From Heptranchias perlo (Eukaryota), in the NCBI RefSeq assembly GCF_035084215.1, contig NC_090347.1, positions 8,742,001 through 8,806,000 on the forward strand: 64,000 bases of DNA. The letters are read 5' to 3'. The notes below the pieces were generated by a model. It saw nothing but the letters and a program-made list of their open reading frames with translations. It had not been told where the DNA came from and ran no database searches. A program made the position numbers and the translations under genes. Positions 54,728 through 64,000 of the stretch are shown in pieces. Position 1 is the first letter of the stretch; every line of letters begins with the position of its first letter.

Positions 54728-56503
54728 GTGTGATACCTGTCCTCTCACATACAGTTTCTTGCAGGGGTCACCAGCTGTTGCTCAAAAGCCAGAATCTTGT
54801 CTGCTTTTCCACTACCTAATCTGGGGTTATTAAAGCTAACTGCACAGACTGCTGCAACCTAGCCTTAATTGGTCAGGTCAGATGATGGTGTGGACTAACC
54901 CACATTTGTACTGTATTATCGTGTGGACTTGGCTGTAAATAAGGCCATGTTTTTCAGGAGGCTGCTGGTCCTCAAATGCACCACTTTGACATACTGGCCC
55001 CTACTCCAGAGAGAACGACTAATTAAAAAAGTAAATCTCAGAGTCCTCATTCTGTGCATTCCAACTTTCCCATTCTCCTTCCCCATTGTATTTTAAAATG
55101 CAGCCTGGGACTTGGATTTAAAAATGATTGGAGGTCAGTACATGGGTATATAAATAGACATAATGGCCAAATCAACCTTTTTGTAGCTGTCTGATGATGT
55201 AAGCATTATCACCATGCTTAAGAGTCTCCCAATCAAACTTAGAAGAACTTCACCCAGGTAAGAGTTTCTGCTTGCTCTATATGTAGTGCACAGTCTTTCC
55301 TGGTAGGGACACACCCCAGTTACCCAAATCCAGGAAGCTTAAGCACAGGTTGGGAAGAATCAAGTCTTTAGGACCTACCAGTGTAGGTAAAAATATTGCT
55401 GGAATTTAAACCAGCTAAACTGATGCAACTTGCCATCATTGAGCAGTGATGGAAGGAAACTTGGTTTCAGTTATTTAGCAACAAAACAAACTGCTTGTTC
55501 AATAATATGTACATGTGCTTTTACACCAATATTTAAACAACAGAACTCCTTTTGCCATCCCATTCTGGTTATAGCAGACCGTATATGGCAGTTAGTCATT
55601 GCAGTTAGCTGTTTATTATTGCACCTGTTTTGGAATCACTGCTGCAGTTATTATTGTGTTGCATGCTTTAAATTCACACTTCTCAGCTATAAAATTTTAT
55701 GGATAATCAAAAAGTAAAGTGAAAGGATTGAGTGGACACTCAAAATTGAGTCACAAATACTACGTAATCCAAATACACATCACATAATGCAAACCTTTTT
55801 GGAGCTGTGCATTACAGAAAGCCTTCGGGTTATTCAAGAAGTATGCCAAGTGCAGAATTATAAATTCCTTTTAATCGCTTCATACAGCGGGTTAGATCAC
55901 TTGGTTCACTTAAGAATCTGGGGTTGAAATTAGCCTGGAGAAATTATTTAAAAGTCTCCTGGAGTCTGAATTAAAATAAGTATAACAGTCAGTTTCCAAT
56001 GAGCATCAGTCCACTGCATAAAAAACTGCCCTTGCCAATCACCTAATGTGGGGGGGGGGGGGGGGGGGAAGAGAAGAAATATTTTATTCAATAAGCATCA
56101 GGAATTTAACAATAATACTGTGAAAAATGGAGATTTACATCACTGTGGTTTGTTTGTGTGTGTGGGAAGGGCAGGGGGACTGTTGAAAATAGTTGGTGCA
56201 GTGTAAGGACATTTATATCGATGGCGCAACCTCTACAACACCTGATCAGGGAGTTCCTGATGCTACTACCAGTTGGAATGTAAAGAAGTTTCATACCCAA
56301 CATCCTCATGTTAATGTCCTGTTTTAAAAAAAAGTCCTGAATTCCAGCCAATTTCACAGAGAAATAGTTAAATTCTCTTTTCACTCACTTTTTTAAAAAA
56401 TGTATCCTCTAAAATAGTTTAATTCCTGCTGAAAATTAACAGTCTCTACTTGCATCTTGTTTGCAGTGGCACTGTTGACTTTACACAATGACAAAACTGT
56501 GTG

Positions 56504-56679
56504 ATGATGTGGAGATGCCGGTGATGGACTGGGGTTGACAATTGTAAACAATTTTACAACACCAAGTTATAGTCCAGCAATTTTATTTTAAATTCACCTG
56601 AGGAAGGAGGTAGCCTCCGAAAGCTTGTGAATTTAAAATAAAATTGCTGGACTATAACTTGGTGTTGTAAAATTGTTTA
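56504..56679 (-). mobile_element. Third fold-back mini-element; hammerhead core at the apex of a 53-bp perfect hairpin
   Basis: Arms 56545-56597 and 56627-56679. Core CTGAGGA..ggagg(tag)cctcc..GAAAgcTT at 56598-56626 on the + strand. Flanks aaaactgtgtgat / aaaactatgtgat. Confidence 0.82.
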
Positions 56680-59092
56680 AAACTATGTGATACAATAGTT
56701 TGTTTTAACAGCTTTGAGAATACAGACTGTACTAATACATCATCGCAACAATTATGCTTCATTATTTTTTTTAATATAGAGTTTGTATTACACCTAATGT
56801 CTCTCAGGATGACCCAAAGCATATCATGTACAATGAATTACTTTAAAGGTTTTGTCATACAAGCAAACACAGCAGCCATTCAACACACAGCAGTCCTACA
56901 AGCAGCAGTGATGACGATGATCAGTTAATTTATTTTGTTATTCAGAGTGTAATGTTGGCCAGAGTACCAAGAGAACTTTCTACTCCTCTTCAAGTAGTGC
57001 TATGGTATCTTCAACATTCATTTGAACAGGTTTTGGTTTCACATTTCATTCCAAAGGACAGCACCTCCTACCATCCTGTACTCCCTCGGTACCAAGGTAC
57101 TATGTTGTAGTGTCAGCCTATGTTGTGTGCTTCAGTTGTAGAGTGGGACTTAAACCACAACCTTTTGGCTCAGATAAGTACAGTATTACCAAAGCCACTG
57201 CAATATTCTGCATTACAGTATCTCTCATCCACTGCAGCAAAAACATTTCTAAAGACCTGTGGTAATGCAATTTATAGAGTAGGCTTTGATAGGAGATGTC
57301 TGGCTAACATTCGCCAAAAAGAACAATGTCCCTCTTTAAGGGAACAGTGAAATTAGATCATCTATATGTTAAAAATAGTGTGGGGCATGTACTTCTTGTC
57401 CACAAACCTTATTTCATGCTGTCACAATTATCGGTCATGCTTTTCTGTTCATATTTACCATTTACATTTTAGTATGTCAATTGTCACAGTGTAGTTGTGG
57501 GCTGTGGGCACAAGGTGGCTCTGTGGAGCAATTTCCTTAAGTCTTTCCCAACTCGCTCATCAACTGACTGTGGGCAACCCCATGGGCAATTTACCAGTTG
57601 TCTCTGAATTTCCCCAAAAACATATCCTTACAGCTTACAAGCAATAAAACAATTACACTACACTGCAACAATTTTTGACCAAAATGCTGCAATTAAATAT
57701 TAATAAAAGCAATTGTAAGGCTGTTGTAAAATTCTGTATTCTGGGAAGGAATGACTACATATAAATGTCAGTATTGCCTGCATGCAAACAAAATATCCTG
57801 CAGTGTGCAGTGTTATAAGAACGTATCAGAACTAGCTAATTTAGATTTTAAAAATACTGTTAAGTCCTGTTAACTCATGGAAGGGGGATTACATGAGCCC
57901 AGCAGTAGTCCAGCATGGAGGGCCTGGTGAGAGAGTTCAGCCTGTCTTGCTGCTTTTCCCCCCACCTGCACTTTACAGATTGTGGCAGGTGCTTTGAGCA
58001 TGCTCGCCACTTCAAAGCGCTGTGAGCAGTTGGAAGTAATTAGACCTCAGGGAAAAAGAGAGCCAGGCTGCAAGACAATGGCAAGTGCCAGGAACACAGG
58101 GGGTTTCTCCAGGCACTTTGAAGTTCATTCAGCTAGACCAAAGTGGTGTTTGGTTTAGAAGAACGTGTCAGGCATCAGTGAAAGGACCACACTAGTAGAG
58201 GGCGACGGAAGGAGTGCATTTACTAACACGGAAGAGTGTCAAACCCCCTTTAGTTAATAAGTACTTTAAGTATATACAAGGGTTTGTATTCTGTATACAA
58301 GTACAATGACCCTCTTTGTACCAGTTGATTAAAGAGCTCATAGCATATGATTTCAATGTATATTTTTATTAGGATAAGGATGAAAGTCTATTTTCAACCT
58401 TTGAACCTTCTTTGCCAAACCCCTTTTCTCCTTTCATTCTGTTCCTCTCGTCCTGTTTTTTTTAAAACAAATGCAGTTACTGACTGAAATGTCGAGTAGA
58501 GCCTGGTATCTATGGATCGAGACATCTACATACACATATCTCAACACACACAAACATCCACACATATTGTATATATTACACACACATATCTACACAGATA
58601 CATTCCTAAGAGTGCAACCAAATCGGCATCAAAGTGATATTAGGTTTAATGACAGCACAACAAAGAACTAAAAAAAATTCAGTTAACATCTTGTGGCCTC
58701 TAAGTAATGAAGCTCTGGAAAAATCAGTACAATAGTCTTCCCCCTACCTTGTGAAATACAATCAAACCATCTGCTTTAAACTAGTCATTATTCTGGTTTC
58801 TACCATTTGCACATCCCTCTTTGGTTTCCGTGTGTCCTCCAGGATAATCAGGTCTATGTCCTTTTAGAATTTATATGTAATTTAGAAATGAAATATAATT
58901 TAGTTCAGGATGCGGATTTATGCTTTTCCCTCCTTCCTGTATCCTCATTGTGTTGAAATCAGGAATCATCCCGTCCATCTCTAATTATTTTATCCCAGCA
59001 CCTCAGAATTCGGGCGCTCTTCACCTGCCTCAGTTTGCCCTTCCTCCTACAATCTACAAACTTTTAAAACCCATCCTGATCACTACTTCAAA

Positions 59093-59600
59093 AACAACTT
59101 GCATTTTATATAGTGTCTTTAAAGTAGCAAAACGTCCCACGGCGGGCTTCACGGAAGCGTAATCGGACAAACATTGACGTTGAGCCAAAGGAGACATTCG
59201 GACAGTTGCTTGGTCAAAGAGGTAGATTTTAAGCAGTGTCTTAAAGGAGGAGAGAGAGTTAGAGAAGCAGCAAGGTTTAGGGAGGGAATTCCAGAGCTTA
59301 GGGCCCAGATGGCTGAAGGTACGGCCACCAATGATGGGGTGAAGGACGTTGGGGATGCACAAGAGGCCATCAGGGGGCGGTTGTAGGTGCCGGAGGAGGT
59401 TAAAGAGATAGGGAGAGGCGAGGATGAGAATTTTAAAAATTGAGGCGCACAGGAAGCCAATGTAGGTCAGCCAGCACAGGGTGATGGGTTATGGATTAAT
59501 GGAACTTGGTGCGAGTTCGGCAGCAGTTTTGGATAAGTTTAATATTAAGGAGGGTGGAAGACGGAAGGCCGGCCAGGAGATCGTTGGAATAGTCACGTCA
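59093..59600 (-). mobile_element. L2 3' fragment
   Basis: GGRTFSHLGPKLWNSLP...FKTLLKIYLFDQ; a similar copy lies at 22926-23290. Confidence 0.8.
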
Positions 59601-62398
59601 ACGCTCATTTCTCTCTTACTGTTTTTGACCAGAATAGTGTCCTACATTTTGGGCTTTAGCCCCACACTTTGGTCAAACAATTTTTTTAAATGCCCACTAC
59701 TGTGCCACCATTTATCAGCAGGCAGGAGCCACAACTCACATGGTACTGATGGAAGCCCTGTTTGCTTTCTCCTTGCTCACCCTTCCCCAAAGCCCGCCCA
59801 TATCTGAGGCGGAATGCTGTGGCCAGTTTGAGGCAGAGGCTGAAATCTGCACCTACAGGGTGGGAACCTAATGGTCATTCAGCAGTAAACGAACAGAAAA
59901 TAATGTTATGCACTTACACATTTTAGAATTATTGCAAAGAAAATAATCTTCAGGTGAAATAGTTCTGCACCATGAACTATTATCTCCACAATTCCACGTC
60001 AGGAAAATTCCCTGGGCTAGCCCTGCACTGGGTGGAAGAAATGTGGAGTCACCCAGGCTACTTTCGTGCACTTGTTAAAGGCTAGTTATAGAGCAACAGA
60101 GGTCTGGTTACATATTACCTACTTCCCCTCTTAACCAAGAAATTGTAGGCAGTATATGGAGAGCAAAGTTAATAAAATTGGAATGAGAAAAACATGAGTT
60201 CAAGAGAAGAGGAAGAACCCTTTTCAAGGAAGATAAACAGAATGGGTGTGATAACACATTTAAACACCAAGCGGGCCACAAGCAGCCAATATGTAGTGCT
60301 TATTTACAATGGGTAAGGAGTAGGTGTTTCTTATTTGTAATTATGTTTTAAACAAATGCAATGTGGGCCCGAATGATGATAACCACTGTTCAGAGATACA
60401 GCAATTGTGTGTGGTCATTCAGTTGCTCTGCTGGCCTTTGGCCCTGACTGTCATACTGTAAAGGATGTGCCTAAAACTGAGGACTGTATTGTAACTGTTG
60501 TGAAGTTTAATATTATTGCAGTACTGGTGCGACTGTGTGTGTGTTTTTTTTTTGTTTGTCTTATAAATTAGGAATTTAGATTGGAGAACAGTGAAGGCAT
60601 AGTGAATTGTGAAAGTGAGTCCTGCAATTGAAAAGACCAGGCATAAACAGTCCAGCTATGCCCTTCAGTTGCAAAAGTCTTAGTTAAAGTAAAACAGACA
60701 GTTCCCTTAACATTATGAAAAACTGAACAGTAATTTTCTAAAATATCCTTTACGTTGATACAGAAGTTTAAATATACAATCTATCTGGCTACACCCAGCC
60801 AGAAAATACATGGCCCGCAGCATATATAATGCTCAAATTCTTGGTCTGGTCCATCAAGGCATCTCATTCCAAGTAAGCACAGCTATTATACAAGAGATGT
60901 AACCTGCATCCCCAGCAGTTAGAATTCCACAGAACTTCATCTGTTCTGGAACTGGTTCACTTCCTCCTAGCACTAAATTATCCCTCCAAAAACACAACAC
61001 ACAGGGTTTCTGTGAAAAAAAAAATGAGCAAGTAACATCATGCAAGCTAGTGACAAGTATATTGAAAACTGAAATGAGCATGAACCGTCTACAGAAAAAT
61101 ACTAAGCACTGCACAAACTTGATGCCAAACCATACATGACATTATATGGGGTTACCATAATTATGTGACTGTTGCTAAACCAGTGAGTACTTTTAGTCTT
61201 AACAATATCTTTGATAACATTACAAAAACATGGAAGACTAATCGTTGAGGATTGGATTTGGATCTTATAGCTGCACTGTATTACGTGTTGTGTTTTTTGA
61301 GGATTAGTTCAGCACGGAGAGGAAGTGAAACTGAAAAGCAAAAACCAACACTCTGAATTTTATGTTTTGTATAAAAGGTCATCATGTCCATTCTAGCCAG
61401 GATCTCCGCGATCATCGCTTGTCCCCTCCACTTAAGGAAAGGTTAGATCCTTCCCACAGGCCCCCGGAGGAAAAAGATCTCTATAAACCTCCACAACACT
61501 TTTGTTAACTTGTTCTTTACTGCAACGTTTTATGACCCATCATTATGGCTTCTAAAAAGGTTATATCTTGATCACTTGTATAAATAGTCACTTGCGAGGG
61601 TTGTGTAGGTCAGATTCTAGCCGTGAAAAAAAAATGGGGTTTAATTTGAAGAGCTGAAGTCTTATCTCAATCATTTTATCAAGCAGGTTGATGATATTTG
61701 AATGGTTTTTTAAAATAATATACTCTAGGGGAATCTGATCAAGAAGAGGCATTTTACAAAACTTCACTTTCGCCCTGGTCCTCGAGCTGGTGAAGGAAAA
61801 CATGAAAGCAGTTTTGTTCTTCATTTTTGTGCAGGATGTCGAATGAATTCATATCACAGTATCTGGTCTGTAGCTACCAGATACCACAGCATAACCAGTG
61901 ACCGCTAACAGACATACCAGCCTTTCATACTTACTGGGGTACCACATCTTCTCCACCCCGTCACCGTTTTACCCCTGCTGGAACACGGCATGGAAGAATT
62001 CCAAATAATCACAGCAACATATATTTAACAACTTTCAATCTACTTTGAAACAAAATACTTGAAAAGCAGTGACATCAAAAGATTTTTTTTTAGGAAATGT
62101 TGATCCTGACTAATACTTGATAAGTATTATTTTCTGGCATTACCGAGAAGTATGCAAATAATAAAAGCACTCCACAACCAGGACCCATCTCTGCAGAATT
62201 TCCATTCATTTTATTGTAAAACTCCTGCTAATCTAGAACAATCTTTTACACGATTAATAAATTCAGATCATTCAATAATCAAACAAAAATAAGCAAAAAA
62301 ATGCACTTTCATAGATCAAAAAAAGCAATCAATGATATTTGCTTTGCATTCTTTGAAGTTAATGTGCAGCCCCTGAACTGCTTGCATTTTTCCTCTTC

Positions 62399-62409
62399 TT
62401 AGCGCTTCC
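62399..62409 (-). CDS. ASPSCR1: Probable terminal coding exon of ASPSCR1/TUG (G-K-R-stop)
   Basis: Strong acceptor (tttgtttattcctattacAG) then GG AAG CGC TAA, with AATAAA on the minus strand at 62215-62210. Human ASPSCR1 ends ...KLPASKR and lies tail-to-tail with CENPX. The identity is inferred from synteny and only three codons. Confidence 0.5.
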
Positions 62410-62712
62410 CTGTAATAGGAATAAACAAAAGTGAGCGAACACTTGAACACTAAACTTGGTTTAAAAATCACAGCTGCTGTATTATGCAATGTGAAAAATA
62501 CTATGAGGTATGTAATTCAAACTAGTAAAAACTACAAGTTGTGATAAAGATACTCTTTAAAATGGTAGAGATGCAACAACTTTTTACCGTAATACCACTC
62601 AAACTTAATTAGATATGAGTGTAATTAGAAAAATCCTTACAGTAAATGCTATTCAACAATGTGTCTTGAGGTTGGATCTTCCTTCTAAGAGTGAATTTCT
62701 TAGAAACACCAA

Positions 62713-64000
62713 GGGCTCGAATTTAGCAGGCCTGCGGGTTCCCAGCGCGTGGTCCTCCGGGAGCGTGGTCAACATGCTCGGCGAAATTAGTGGGTTGCCC
62801 GCGCGATCGTAGCAGGCAACACACTAATAGGAATCAATTACCTGCTCCTCCGGGGTCCACGGCGCTGGCCTGCGCGTCGGTCGGGCTGCGCATGCGCAGT
62901 ACGATCTGTCAGCTGGAGGCTCTCTAGTTAAAGGGGCAGTCCTCCACTGACAGATGCTGCAACCAATGGGACAAATTGCAGCATGGAGCAGCCCAAGGGG
63001 AAGGCAGCTCCCAGTTTAATGATGCCTCACCCCAGGTATCATCAGATGGGGTGAGGAGGAGGGGGAGGACACAGATCTTCCACCCGGCGGGCGGGAGGAA
63101 GCGGCCTGCCTCTGTCACCAAGAAGGCCTGGCTCGAGGTGGCAGATGGGGTCACCTGCGCCACCAACATATGGCCCACCTGCTTACAGTGCAGGAGGCGC
63201 TGCAATGACCGCAGTAGGTCAGCCGCAGTGAGAACACGAAGTCTTTCCCCTACACACCGTCTGCCACAACACTGCCCCCACCCCACATCTCCTTCGGCAC
63301 CGCCAACACTATTCTGTAATATCACCCTTCATACCCACTCAAACCCCATCCTCATCTTACCTCCACCTACTCACCTCGCCAGTACTCATCCTGCCACTAA
63401 CACGCAACCCAATCCTCATACAATCTCATTGCTCCATCCCATACTCACCCTCTCGTGCATCTCCCTCACGGCCAGCCTCACTCAACCTGCCACCACCTGT
63501 GCTGCAGCCACAGGGCATGCATCACATATGTGCAGTAGGCAGCGTAAGGCAAACGTGTCGTGAGCATGAAGGGGGTGCACAAGGGTGTCTGAGGGTTTGT
63601 CATGGGTGTTACCTATGTTGAATTTCAGAGCAACAAACAGCACACATTATATTGACACCACCACTGCCATGTCTCCGCGAATCCTGTCCGTTGTGTCCAA
63701 TAATGCCAGCTCCTGGGTATCACTATGAGGACCCACCACTGATGCCACCCATCGTGTTACTGCAGAGTAGGTGCAGGTGTATTTGCAGGGCTCGTCCGCG
63801 CAGACGACTGAGAGACATCGGCGGTGTAGCCGGCTGCACCCTGGACGGATGTGGAGGAGAAGGTGTGGAGGGCAGTGGTGACTTTGACAGCGACAGGTAA
63901 GCAGTTGGTGCTGGGGCCAGCCAGGAGCAGCTCGGCATGAAAGAGCCTGCAGATCTCCACGACTACATGTCGAGCGAATCTGCGCCTCCCTGTGCACTGC
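62713..64000. mobile_element. Degenerate PIF/Harbinger DNA transposon, running off the window
   Basis: + strand Myb/SANT-like remnant (KKAWLEVA...QCRRRCND, ~62976-63230). Convergent - strand HARBI1-like N-terminal remnant (EICRL...LPVAVKVTTALHTFSS, ~63757-63960). Abrupt GC rise at gggctcgaatttagc. Confidence 0.75.

Noticed and set aside
56050-56068. Poly-G tract (another at ~25394-25409)
   Set aside because: Simple homopolymers with unreliable length and no further structure.
61935-61977. Small minus-strand exon-like segment (ttccAG ... GTAAGT)
   Set aside because: The peptide is not recognisable and it lies beyond the candidate poly(A) signal at 62210; insufficient support.
51300-62300. 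SIRT7 3' exons, expected from human synteny
   Set aside because: No recognisable sirtuin peptide; the arrangement fits CENPX/ASPSCR1 instead.

Overview
Eukaryotic genomic DNA, most likely a cartilaginous fish (shark), judging from the repeat content. I reconstructed two spliced genes by hand with phase-consistent splice sites. PCYT2 (CTP:phosphoethanolamine cytidylyltransferase) is on the minus strand, with 12 coding exons from 40901 down to 3497; its last exon was not found and probably lies left of the window. It contains a 103-nt U12-type intron. CENPX (STRA13/MHF2, 80 aa) is complete on the plus strand, with 5 exons from 42229 to 50551. The two genes are head-to-head, with start codons about 1.3 kb apart, and a CpG-rich 14-unit minisatellite sits between them. 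A minus-strand terminal exon (G-K-R-stop) at about 62.4 kb is probably the end of ASPSCR1. Introns and intergenic DNA are packed with CR1 and L2 LINEs, a tRNA-headed single-ORF LINE family, DeuSINE and LF-SINE-like relics, and a degenerate Harbinger transposon. The most notable signal is three ~175-230 bp fold-back elements flanked by target-site duplications. Each carries a minimal type I hammerhead ribozyme motif resembling those in Penelope-like pseudo-LTRs. Repeat-family names and synteny come from recalled knowledge, not database searches.
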